NCBI GenBank assembly: GCA_965205265.1
Contig: CBDBGH010000003.1
Coordinates: 256,001 to 320,000 of the forward strand
Length of the DNA stretch: 64,000 bases
Direction of reading: 5' to 3'
Source: Alphaproteobacteria bacterium
Lineage (GTDB): Bacteria; Pseudomonadota; Alphaproteobacteria; Bin95
The notes under the pieces were generated by a model. It was not told the DNA's origin and searched no databases. It worked only from the letters and a program-made list of their open reading frames with translations. The position numbers and the translations under genes were made by a program. Below are positions 41,504 to 49,619 of this stretch, piece by piece (position 1 is the stretch's first letter; the number at the start of each line of letters is the position of its first letter).

Positions 41504-42367
41504 ATGCTTGAGATACGCCCGCTCGCGCCGGAGATCGGCGCGGAAGTCACCGGCTTCGACATGGGCAAGCCGCTGACCGACGAGCTGTTCGAGGACATCC
41601 ACGCCGCCTGGATGCGCCACATGGTGCTGGTGTTTCCGGACCAGCCGGTCCCGGACGAGGCGCTGCTTGCCTTCGCCCGGCGTTTCGGCGAACTCGAGGT
41701 GTTCCACCAGGACATCATCCGCTCGAAGCGCCTGCCGGAGATCTTCCGGGTCTCCAATGTCGATGAGGACGGGAAGCTGATGGCCCCGGACGACCCGGTC
41801 CAGCACCAGATTTCGCTGACCCGCCGCTGGCACACGGACAGCAGCTACCGCGAGAGGCCGGCGGTCGGCTCGCTGCTGCACGGCGTCGAGGTGACGGAGG
41901 AAGGCGGCGAGACCATGTTCGCCAACATGGCGGCCGTGCTGCGCGCGCTGCCGGAGGAGCTGCGCCGCGAGGTCGAGGGCCGCCGCGCGCGGCACGATTT
42001 CGGGAACCTGCACCGGCTGAAGCCGCTCAAGCCGCTGACGGACGAGGAGCGCGCGCGGATGCCGCCGGTCTGGCAGCCCATGGTCCGCCGCCACCCGGAG
42101 ACGGGCGAGGCCTCGCTCTATATCAGCCCGATCTACAACGACGCCGTGGAGGGCATGGACCCGCAAGGTGCGGCGGCGCTGGTCGAACGGCTGGAGGCGT
42201 TCATCGACGACGAGCGCTTCATTTACCGCCACCGCTGGCGGCCGCATGACGTGCTGCTCTGGGACAACCGCTGCACGACCCACCGGGTCACGCCCTACAA
42301 CCCCGCCCACCGCCGCATCATGCACCGCACCACCATCGCCGGCAGGGAGCGCGTCGAGGCGGCTTGA
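41504..42367 (+). CDS. TauD/TfdA family Fe(II)/2-oxoglutarate dioxygenase
   Basis: IGAEVTG, WHTDSS, GGETMFAN, VRRHPETG, WDNRCTTHR, MHRTT. Confidence 0.92.
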   Translation: MLEIRPLAPEIGAEVTGFDMGKPLTDELFEDIHAAWMRHMVLVFPDQPVPDEALLAFARRFGELEVFHQDIIRSKRLPEIFRVSNVDEDGKLMAPDDPVQHQISLTRRWHTDSSYRERPAVGSLLHGVEVTEEGGETMFANMAAVLRALPEELRREVEGRRARHDFGNLHRLKPLKPLTDEERARMPPVWQPMVRRHPETGEASLYISPIYNDAVEGMDPQGAAALVERLEAFIDDERFIYRHRWRPHDVLLWDNRCTTHRVTPYNPAHRRIMHRTTIAGRERVEAA

Positions 42368-42427
42368 CGAGTCCCGCAGCCGGACACCATATCGACAAAT
42401 GTCCGGCGAACATGGGAAGGCCGAAGC

Positions 42428-42847
42428 ATGGCTCCGACGCGCAGGGATGTGATGAGGCTGGGCGGTCTTGCCGCCGCCGCGGCGATGCTGCCCGCCGGCG
42501 CGGCGGCGGATACGAACGGCGTTGCCGGGGCCATCGCCGCCTTCACGAAAGGCGCCAGGGCGCTGGAGGCCGGCGTGTCGCTGGACCTTCCCGAGATTGC
42601 CGACAATGGCGGCGCTGTGCCGGTCCGGGTCGCGGCGGAGGGCGCGCGGCGCATTGCACTCTTCGCCGACGCGAACCCGAATCCCGGCGTGGCCGTGTTT
42701 TCCTTCGGCAGGCTGACGTCGCCCGCGGCCACGATCCGCATCCGGCTCGCCAGGAGCCAGAACGTGATCGCGGTGGCGGAGATGGCGGACGGCACGTTCC
42801 GCAAGGCCAGCCGGCGGGTCGCCGTGACGGTCGGCGGCTGCGGGTGA
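42428..42847 (+). CDS. soxY: Sulfur carrier protein SoxY
   Basis: Tat-like TRRDVM signal, LPEIADNG..VP, NPNP, RIRLA.SQ.V.AVAEM.DG, C-terminal VTVGGCG swinging arm. Confidence 0.88.
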   Translation: MAPTRRDVMRLGGLAAAAAMLPAGAAADTNGVAGAIAAFTKGARALEAGVSLDLPEIADNGGAVPVRVAAEGARRIALFADANPNPGVAVFSFGRLTSPAATIRIRLARSQNVIAVAEMADGTFRKASRRVAVTVGGCG

Positions 42848-42857
42848 GGGGCCGGAC

Positions 42858-43184
42858 ATGGCGACGCCCACTCCCCGCATAAAGCTGCCGAAATCGGTCG
42901 AGGCGAACACGCCCTTCACGGTCAGGACGAAGATCACCCATCCGATGCACACCGGCCTGCGCCGCGACCGCGACGGCAGGCCGATACCCCGCCGGATCGT
43001 CAACACCTTCACGGTGCGGTTCAACGGCGAGGAGGCGCTGTCCGTCGCGCTGGAGCCGGCGGTTTCGAGCGATCCCTATATCCGGTTCGAGCTGTCCCTG
43101 CCCGGGTCGGGCCTGCTCGACTTCGAATGGCGCGACGATGACGGCTCGATCTACAGCCTCAGCAGGGAAGTCGCCGTCGAATAA
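42858..43184 (+). CDS. soxZ: Sulfur carrier partner SoxZ
   Basis: PRIKLP, ITHPMHTGLRRD..G..IPR.I, AVSSDPY..F, W.DDDGS. Confidence 0.88.
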   Translation: MATPTPRIKLPKSVEANTPFTVRTKITHPMHTGLRRDRDGRPIPRRIVNTFTVRFNGEEALSVALEPAVSSDPYIRFELSLPGSGLLDFEWRDDDGSIYSLSREVAVE

Positions 43185-43193
43185 GGCGCGGCT

Positions 43194-44222
43194 TCAGTCG
43201 CGGCCGGCGAAGACCGCGCCCGCGACCTTCGCCGAGGCGGCCATGGCGGCGAGCGCCAGCAGGGCCGCAAGGCTGGCGGTGGACATGCCGGAAAGGCCCG
43301 CGCCGACCGTGCAGCCGCCCGCCAGCACGCCGCCCGCTCCCATCATCGCGGCGCCGGCAAGGTAGCGCCCGGTCTGCCGGGGGCTTTCGAGGCTTTCCCA
43401 GCGGAACTCGCCCGCCGCGAGCGCCGCGGCCAGGCTGCCGGCGACCACGCCTGCCGCAAGCCCGGTGCCGAAGCCGGCCGGAATGGAGGTCGCCGCCACG
43501 GCCCAGAAGAGCGTGTCGGCCGTCGGCCCGGTGAAGCCCATCGACTGGAGCGGAATCGGGTCGAAATCGTCGAGCAGCAGGAAGCCGGTGCCGACCCAGC
43601 CGAGCGGCACCAGCAGCCCGATCACGCCCGCCATCGCCAGCCGGGAGGCCGGCGCGCCGGAACGCAGCGCGAAGACCGCCGCCAGCAGCGCGAGGCCGAG
43701 CGGCCAGGCTTCGCCGCCGGGCAGGACCGTGAGCGCTGGCGCCTCGCCGCCATAGACGCTTGCCTCGCCGAGCGCCTGGCGCAGCGGCGCCAGCACCCCC
43801 TTCATCGCCGCATGGGCGGTGATCGCGAAGACGACCAGCACGAAGAGGGCGCGGAGGTTGCCGCTGCCGGTGAGCACGGTGAGGCGCGACACACAGCCTC
43901 CGGCCAGCACCATGCCGGTCCCGAACAGCGCGCCGCCCAGCAGCGCGGACAGGACCGGAATGTCCGCCGCGAGAAAGCGGTGCGCCTCGAACGAAACCAG
44001 GCCCATAGCGGTGGCCAGCCGGGTTCCGGCTATCGCCGTCGCCAGCGCCATGGCCCAGGCGCCCAAAGCGGGGAGGCAGTCGCGCCACCGGCCGACCAGG
44101 CTCCGGCGGAGGCAGAAGGCGCTGCGCTGCGCCAGCACGCCGTAGAGTCCGCCCAGCACCAGCCCGAGCAGGACGGAGGCCGCAAGCGGCGTCGTCTCCT
44201 CGAATCCCAGCGTCTCGAACAT
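43194..44222 (-). CDS. YeeE/YedE family sulfur-compound transporter
   Basis: QRSAFCLR, GMVLAGGC.S, MGAGGVLAGGCTVGAG (three conserved Cys); hydrophobic. Confidence 0.88.
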   Translation of the reverse strand: MFETLGFEETTPLAASVLLGLVLGGLYGVLAQRSAFCLRRSLVGRWRDCLPALGAWAMALATAIAGTRLATAMGLVSFEAHRFLAADIPVLSALLGGALFGTGMVLAGGCVSRLTVLTGSGNLRALFVLVVFAITAHAAMKGVLAPLRQALGEASVYGGEAPALTVLPGGEAWPLGLALLAAVFALRSGAPASRLAMAGVIGLLVPLGWVGTGFLLLDDFDPIPLQSMGFTGPTADTLFWAVAATSIPAGFGTGLAAGVVAGSLAAALAAGEFRWESLESPRQTGRYLAGAAMMGAGGVLAGGCTVGAGLSGMSTASLAALLALAAMAASAKVAGAVFAGRD

Positions 44223-44355
44223 GGGCTAACCGACACCTCCCGGCGCGCCGCGGCACTCAGCGCTTCGAACGCGCCCGGCGCAAGGTCATATAGTCCGCAC
44301 ACCCGAAAACGAAAACGCCGCCGGTCACGGACGAACTCAGGGCAATCGCTTTTGA

Positions 44356-44514
44356 AGATTTGCGAGCGGGGCACATAACCGGGATTCAGCCGGGTTTCGA
44401 GGGGGCCGGTCATATCCCCTTCCCGTCATACCCGGACTTGTTCCACTGCTGTCCGGTTTAGATTTGGGGGACAGAGCGCATGGCTTGGATTCAAGCGGGT
44501 TTTGAAGGGTCCGG
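44356..44514. repeat. Two diverged ~55-bp direct repeats flanking a truncated REP arm (possible mobile-element scar)
   Basis: AGATTTG..GGATTCAGCCGGGTTTCGAGGGGGCCGG (44356-44409) vs AGATTTG..GGATTCAAGCGGGTTTTGAAGGGTCCGG (44460-44514); REP arm CGTCATACCCGGACTTGTTCC at 44424-44444 breaks into ACTGCTGTCCGGTTT. Confidence 0.5.
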
Positions 44515-44559
44515 CTGAATCGAGACTCGGATCGGCGCCCGGCGTCCCAACCCTTACAT

Positions 44560-44676
44560 CGTCATACCCGGACTTGTTCCGGGTATCGCCCGCCACAGCT
44601 TCCGTCGGACGGCCGCATGGATACCCGGAACAAGTCCGGGTATGACGGAGGAGCCTGCCCTGAGCTTGTCGAAGGG
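44560..44676. repeat. GTCA..TGAC REP-like palindrome, copy 2, followed by a CCTGAGCTTGTCGAAGGG module
   Basis: Arms 44560-44587 and 44620-44647 are identical to copy 1 and the loop shares CGGACGGCCGCATG; GCCTGCCCTGAGCTTGTCGAAGGG lies at 44653-44676. Confidence 0.88.
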
Positions 44677-44744
44677 GGCGTTCGGGCATGACAAATCCGA
44701 AAGCGATTGCCCTGCGGACGAAATCCGTCTCGCCGCCGGCCCGG

Positions 44745-45380
44745 TCAGCCCCGCCCGATTTTCGCCCTCAGCCTCCTGGCTTCCAGATTGTCGATGCCGG
44801 CGTCCCGGGCGGCTTTGACAGCATCTATCCTGCTCTCGCAAAGCCGCGTCAGCGGCTCGGCGCAATTCTTCTCGATTCGGGCGATTGCCGCCGTTGCGTC
44901 CCTGGCCATCCTTGTCTTCTGGCGGGCGTAGTGGCGGTCCCGTCTTTCGGCGCTCTCGAATGAAAGCGGGGCCAGGAAGACCGTAATCGAGGACGGATAT
45001 TCATGCGTTGCGCCGGTGCCCGCATCGAAAGCAAGGCCGATCGCGCCCTTGACCACGATCTGGCCTATGGTCAGGTCCCGGCGGGAGGCGGCGAGCACGG
45101 CGGTTTCGACCTCGTGCAGGGCCTTGGAGCAGCGAACCGAAATGTCGCGCTTGCTGTTCTCCACATGCAGAAGGCCCGGAGACGTCGGTATGACGCCGAC
45201 CGTTGCGCCGTTGCGGCTCAGCACGCAGTAAGCGCCCGGAGGGTCGGTGAACACCGTAACGGGCTGTTCGGAATTGCCGATGACGCCGGAACAGGCGGGA
45301 AGCGCGAGCGAAACGGCCCAGACAGCAAGCCTGCGAAGGCCCCGCAAGGCGATGCGGACGGGAAGGAACGGCCTCGTCAT
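44745..45380 (-). CDS. Hypothetical lipoprotein (PEGA-like N-terminal region)
   Basis: Lipobox-like LPAC; Q.V.V.TDPPGA.C.L, glycine-rich GAIGLAFDAGTGA..EYP, helical C-terminus with a Cys pair. Confidence 0.6.
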   Translation of the reverse strand: MTRPFLPVRIALRGLRRLAVWAVSLALPACSGVIGNSEQPVTVFTDPPGAYCVLSRNGATVGVIPTSPGLLHVENSKRDISVRCSKALHEVETAVLAASRRDLTIGQIVVKGAIGLAFDAGTGATHEYPSSITVFLAPLSFESAERRDRHYARQKTRMARDATAAIARIEKNCAEPLTRLCESRIDAVKAARDAGIDNLEARRLRAKIGRG

Positions 45381-45611
45381 CGTCTGTCGTCAGCGGGCAC
45401 CGGGTTGGACCGCCCGGAACCTAGCAGCGATTCGGGAGCCCGGCGCCATGCCGCCGGCCCGCGGCCCGCGCCGGAGCCGGACATGGGGAAAGCCGTGGTA
45501 AGGTGCCGGTAAAGCGGAGGCGGCTTCGAGGCCGCCTCTTCGATTCGAAAGCGCGAAGAAGCCGCAAGAGCGGGCGCCCGGCCGCGGGCGCATTCCGGGG
45601 AGGGCGATCGG

Positions 45612-46763
45612 ATGTCGGAAGCCGCGCATCCCGGCTGGGCCGTTTACGATCTGGACCGGCTGCTGGCCAATCTCGCCGCGATCCGCCGCCGGTGCGCGCC
45701 CGGCCGGTCCGTCATCGCCGCGCTCAAGGGCAATGCCTACGGACATGGCGCCGTGCCCGTGGCGCGGGCGCTCGACGGCGAAGGGCTTGCGGCGTTCATG
45801 ACCGGCTCCTTCGATGAGGCCTGCCGGATGCGCACGGCGGGGCTGCGCACGCCCGTCGTCATGTTCGCCAGCGCGCTGCCGGAAGGCATGGCCGATCTCG
45901 TGGGCGCCGGGCTGGCGCCGACAATCGTGGACCGGGCGGGCGCCGAAGCCGTCGCGCGCGCGGCGGCGGGGAAGCCGGCGCCGGCCTATGTCAAGGTCAA
46001 TGCCGGGCTCGGGCGGCTCGGTGTGCTGCTCGAGGAGGCCGAAACCTTCCTTGCCGGTCTCGCCGCCATGCCGGGCCTCGAAGTGCAGGGGCTCTATACG
46101 CATCTGCCCTTCGGCGACGCGCGCGGGCGCGACTGGGCGAGCGAACGGTTCGCCGCCTTCGACGCGCTGCTCGCGCGCCTGGAAGCGCGCGGACTGGCGC
46201 CGCCGGTCACCCAGGCGGGCGCCAGCGCCTCCGTCGCCGCCGGGCTGCCCGACCGGTCCAACGCGGTCTGCGTCGGCCACCTGCTCTACGGCCTGTCGCC
46301 CTTCCCGGACGCCCCGGTCGCAGATGTATCCGCATTCGAGCCGGTCCTTGCCGAGGTCGGGAGCCGGCTGGTGCAGGTCTCCGACCATCCCCAGGGCAGC
46401 GATATCGCCATCGCCGGCAGCTACGCCATACGCCGCGGCCGGCGCACCGGCGTCGCGCCCGTCGGCGCCGCGCAGGGCCTGGCCCGGCCCGCGCCGGGCA
46501 GCCGGCCGGAGGCGCTGATACGCGGCCGGCGGGCGCCGGTCCTGGCCGTGTCGCTCGAACACCTGACCCTGGACCTCTCGGAGGTTGAGGACGCCGCGGT
46601 CGGCGACGCCGTGCTGCTGCTCGGCGGGAAGGGCGATGCCGCTATCGGGCTGGAGGAGTTCGCCGCCTGGTCCGGCAGGCGTGAACTCGACACGGTGTTG
46701 GCGCTCTCGGGCCGGCTGGCCGCGCATTATCGCGGCGCGGCGGGCGGCGCTACTCGTATTTGA
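45612..46763 (+). CDS. Alanine-racemase-fold (type III) PLP enzyme with non-canonical active site
   Basis: ALKGNAYGHG (PLP Lys), VKVNAGLGRLG, GLYTH and the C-terminal beta domain are present, but several catalytic residues are substituted (see findings). Confidence 0.8.
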   Translation: MSEAAHPGWAVYDLDRLLANLAAIRRRCAPGRSVIAALKGNAYGHGAVPVARALDGEGLAAFMTGSFDEACRMRTAGLRTPVVMFASALPEGMADLVGAGLAPTIVDRAGAEAVARAAAGKPAPAYVKVNAGLGRLGVLLEEAETFLAGLAAMPGLEVQGLYTHLPFGDARGRDWASERFAAFDALLARLEARGLAPPVTQAGASASVAAGLPDRSNAVCVGHLLYGLSPFPDAPVADVSAFEPVLAEVGSRLVQVSDHPQGSDIAIAGSYAIRRGRRTGVAPVGAAQGLARPAPGSRPEALIRGRRAPVLAVSLEHLTLDLSEVEDAAVGDAVLLLGGKGDAAIGLEEFAAWSGRRELDTVLALSGRLAAHYRGAAGGATRI

Positions 46764-47523
46764 GCGGCTCGGCGAGGTCCGCAGGCGCGAGCGAGGCGGC
46801 ATAGGCCAGGATCGCGTCGATATCCGCGAGCGTGATCTCCAGCGGCGCGATGGGCGGCGGGCGCGCCTGGTCGAAAGGCGGCGTCACGCCGGGGACCTGC
46901 GTGAAGGCCGGATGCGGGTTGAGCGTGAAGAACGCCCGGAAACGCCGCTCCCAGTCGCCGAGCGTGCGCAGCATGGCGAAGGAGGGCGTGGAGCCGATGC
47001 CCCCCATGCGGTTCTTCTCCCCGACCACGTGGCAGCGCCCGCAATGGACCAGCGACAGCCGTTCGCCCGCAAGTGCATCGCCCGTGACGACCGGTCCTTT
47101 CGCCTCCGCTTTGGCGCCCGCCGCCGGCTCGTAGAGCGCCTTCCCGTCCGGCGCGAAGGCCGCCACCGTCCGCTGGCCGATATCGGAGGCGAGCCAGTCG
47201 AGGAAGCGGCCCGCCAGCGCCTGTTTCGGGCCCGCACCGGGGCCGGCCAGATAGACCGTCCCCGCGCCGCGAAAGACCGGGCGCCCCCCGTCCACGGCGG
47301 GGCCGATCAGCACCTCCGCCGCGACGCCCGCTTCGAGCGGAACCGGGGCGGTGCGGATGCCGGTCTTCAGCGAGAAGCGCGGCAGCATGTGCTTCATGAG
47401 CCCGCTCCCTATCAGCTCCGGACTCGCCGCCACCGTTATGCGGCGCTCCTCGGCCTCCGCGCCGGCAACCGCAAGCATGAGCATTGCAGCCAGCCCGAGT
47501 CTCCACCGGATCGACATCGCCAT
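46750..47523 (-). CDS. Exported c-type cytochrome (single CxxCH) with N-terminal segment resembling a degenerate periplasmic binding protein
   Basis: Signal peptide; SGLMKHMLPRFSLKTGI...FLDWLASD.GQ; CGRCHVVG; GIGSTPSF; PHPAF. Confidence 0.7.
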   Translation of the reverse strand: MAMSIRWRLGLAAMLMLAVAGAEAEERRITVAASPELIGSGLMKHMLPRFSLKTGIRTAPVPLEAGVAAEVLIGPAVDGGRPVFRGAGTVYLAGPGAGPKQALAGRFLDWLASDIGQRTVAAFAPDGKALYEPAAGAKAEAKGPVVTGDALAGERLSLVHCGRCHVVGEKNRMGGIGSTPSFAMLRTLGDWERRFRAFFTLNPHPAFTQVPGVTPPFDQARPPPIAPLEITLADIDAILAYAASLAPADLAEPLKYE

Positions 47524-47638
47524 TCCTCCCGCGCCGAGGAAGCGGCTAGCCTAGCAGCCGCGCGGACTTTGCGGGGAGTCTTCGCTAAACTCCGCTAAAC
47601 TCGCGTGAAAGCGGACGGCGGCGCAGGAGGAGGTTCCG

Positions 47639-47842
47639 ATGAGCGGCGATTTCAACATGTCGATGCGCAAATTCCTGAAGCAGGTCGGCGTGACCTCGCA
47701 GCAGGCGATCGAGGAGGCGATGCGCAGCGCCGGGGAGGAGCGCACGGCGGGCAAGAGCTTCACCGCCCGCATGGTGCTGACCATAGACGAGCTCGACCTC
47801 AGCCACAGCGTCGAGGGGCGCATCGACGGGAAGGCGGGATGA
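47639..47842 (+). CDS. Small conserved hypothetical protein (DUF6494-like)
   Basis: FNMSMRKFLKQVGVTSQQAIE; strong GGAGGAGG RBS; ATGA overlap with the next gene. Family name from memory. Confidence 0.7.
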   Translation: MSGDFNMSMRKFLKQVGVTSQQAIEEAMRSAGEERTAGKSFTARMVLTIDELDLSHSVEGRIDGKAG

Positions 47843-48906
47843 CCGCGACGCGCGAGGCGGTGCTGGAGGCGCTCAAGGGCGTCACCGACCCGATCAGCGG
47901 GCAGGACCTCGTTTCCGCCGGCCCGGTGCGGGCGCTGACGGTGGACGGCGGCACGGTGCGTTTCGTGCTGGAGATCGACCCGGCGCGCGCCGAGCTGATG
48001 GAAGGCGTGCGGGCCGAGGCGGAAGCGGCCGTGCGCGCGTTGCCGGGGGTCGAGCAGGTGTCCGCCGTGATGACCGCCCACCGCGAGGCCGCGCCGGGGC
48101 CGGAGCTCAATATCGGCCGCCGCTCGGAGCCTGCCGGCCCCCGGCAGATTCCGGGCGTGGACCGCATCGTCGCCGTCGCATCCGGCAAGGGCGGCGTCGG
48201 CAAGTCCACCGTCACCGCCAATCTCGCCGCGGCGCTGGCGGCCGAGGGGCGCCGCGTCGGCCTGCTCGACGCCGATGTTTACGGGCCCTCGCAGCCGAGA
48301 ATGCTCGGCGTTTCCGGGCGCCCGGCCTCGCCCGACGGCAAGACCATCCTGCCGCTGCGAAACCACGGCGTCACCATGATGTCCATCGGGCTGATGACGC
48401 GCGAGGACGAGGCGGTGGTCTGGCGCGGGCCGATGCTCATGGGCGCGCTGCAGCAGATGATGAACCAGGTGCAGTGGGGCGCGCTCGACGTGCTGCTGGC
48501 GGACCTGCCGCCCGGCACGGGCGATGTGCCGATGACGCTCTCGCAGACCGCCGAGGTCACCGGCGCCATCGTCGTCTCCACCCCGCAGGACGTGGCGCTG
48601 CTGGACGCGCGCAAGGGCGTGGACATGTTCCGCAAGATGTCCGTGCCGATCCTCGGCATGATCGAGAACATGAGCACGCATATCTGCTCCAATTGCGGGC
48701 ATGAGGAGCATCTGTTCGGCCATGGCGGCGTGCGCGCCGAGGCGGAGAAGCTCGGCATCCCGCTGCTCGCGGAGATCCCGCTGGCGCTCGGTATCCGGCT
48801 CGCATCGGACGGGGGCGCGCCCATTGTGGTCTCGCGCCCGGCCTCGCCCGAGGCGACCGCCTTCCGCGATGTGGCGCAGCACCTGATCGAGACCGGGGCC
48901 GCATGA
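47839..48906 (+). CDS. Mrp/ApbC/NBP35 family Fe-S cluster carrier ATPase
   Basis: VASGKGGVGKST, DADVYGPS, WRGPM, DLPPGTGD, STPQ, ENMS..ICSNCG. Confidence 0.93.
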   Translation: MTATREAVLEALKGVTDPISGQDLVSAGPVRALTVDGGTVRFVLEIDPARAELMEGVRAEAEAAVRALPGVEQVSAVMTAHREAAPGPELNIGRRSEPAGPRQIPGVDRIVAVASGKGGVGKSTVTANLAAALAAEGRRVGLLDADVYGPSQPRMLGVSGRPASPDGKTILPLRNHGVTMMSIGLMTREDEAVVWRGPMLMGALQQMMNQVQWGALDVLLADLPPGTGDVPMTLSQTAEVTGAIVVSTPQDVALLDARKGVDMFRKMSVPILGMIENMSTHICSNCGHEEHLFGHGGVRAEAEKLGIPLLAEIPLALGIRLASDGGAPIVVSRPASPEATAFRDVAQHLIETGAA

Positions 48907-49619
48907 GCGAACCCGTCTTCCCGCCGCTGTTCCGGGGCCAGGCCGTCGCGGGCCGCACGGACCCCTTCGCCAAGGCCTGCGCGCTCGCCGCGCTCGGCTG
49001 CGACGGGGGGACGATCGTCTACAATATCGGCGCGGACCGGCTGGCGGCGGCCATCGTGTTCGCGCCGGAAGTGGTGCTGGAGGACGCGATGGCGATGCTG
49101 CCGGCCTGCGGGGTCGGGTTCCAGAATGCGCTCGGCGCGCTTGCGCCGCCGGAAGTCGCCGTGCATCTCACCTGGGAGGGCGGCATCCTGGTGAACGGGG
49201 CCGCCTGCGGGCGGCTCCGCGCCGCAGCGTCCGACTGCGCGCCGGAAGACGTGCCGGACTGGCTGACGGTCGGGCTCGAAGTGCCGCTCATCGCCGAGGA
49301 CGCGGATGCGCCCGGCGCCGCGCCGGACCGGACCTCGCTCTATGAGGAAGGCTGCGTGGAGGTTGCGCCCGACGCGCTGCTGGAAAGCTGGTCGCGCCAC
49401 ACGCTGGTCTGGATCAACCGTTGGTCCGACGACGGCGCGGGGCCGCTGCACGCGGAATGGCGCGGCCTAGCCCACGGCATCGGCGGGGAAGTGGCGGTCG
49501 GCGGGCGGACGGGCCTCTTCGTCGGCATAGACGAGCGCTTCGGCATGCTGCTGCGCGAGGGCGAGGCGACGAGCCTGCTGCCGCTCTCCGGCCTGCTGGA
49601 GCGGGGAGGAGAGACGTGA
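48903..49619 (+). CDS. Biotin/lipoate protein ligase-like protein
   Basis: FPPLF.G, FAPEV.L, W.GGILVNGA.CG, PDWL.VG, TSLYEEG, SH3-like tail GIDE.FGMLL; ATGA-coupled to mrp. Confidence 0.65.
   Translation: MSEPVFPPLFRGQAVAGRTDPFAKACALAALGCDGGTIVYNIGADRLAAAIVFAPEVVLEDAMAMLPACGVGFQNALGALAPPEVAVHLTWEGGILVNGAACGRLRAAASDCAPEDVPDWLTVGLEVPLIAEDADAPGAAPDRTSLYEEGCVEVAPDALLESWSRHTLVWINRWSDDGAGPLHAEWRGLAHGIGGEVAVGGRTGLFVGIDERFGMLLREGEATSLLPLSGLLERGGET

Noticed and set aside
42428-43184. Evidence for complete Sox thiosulfate oxidation
   Set aside because: Only soxYZ are present; the catalytic components are not in the window.
44030-44963. Short ORFs spanning the 44.4-44.7 kb repeats (e.g. 44426-44689, 44554-44865) and 37336-37836
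   Set aside because: Translations of palindromic repeat or intergenic DNA, with no RBS or protein motifs.
45612-46763. Assigning gene symbol alr
   Set aside because: The catalytic Tyr and several conserved active-site residues appear to be substituted.
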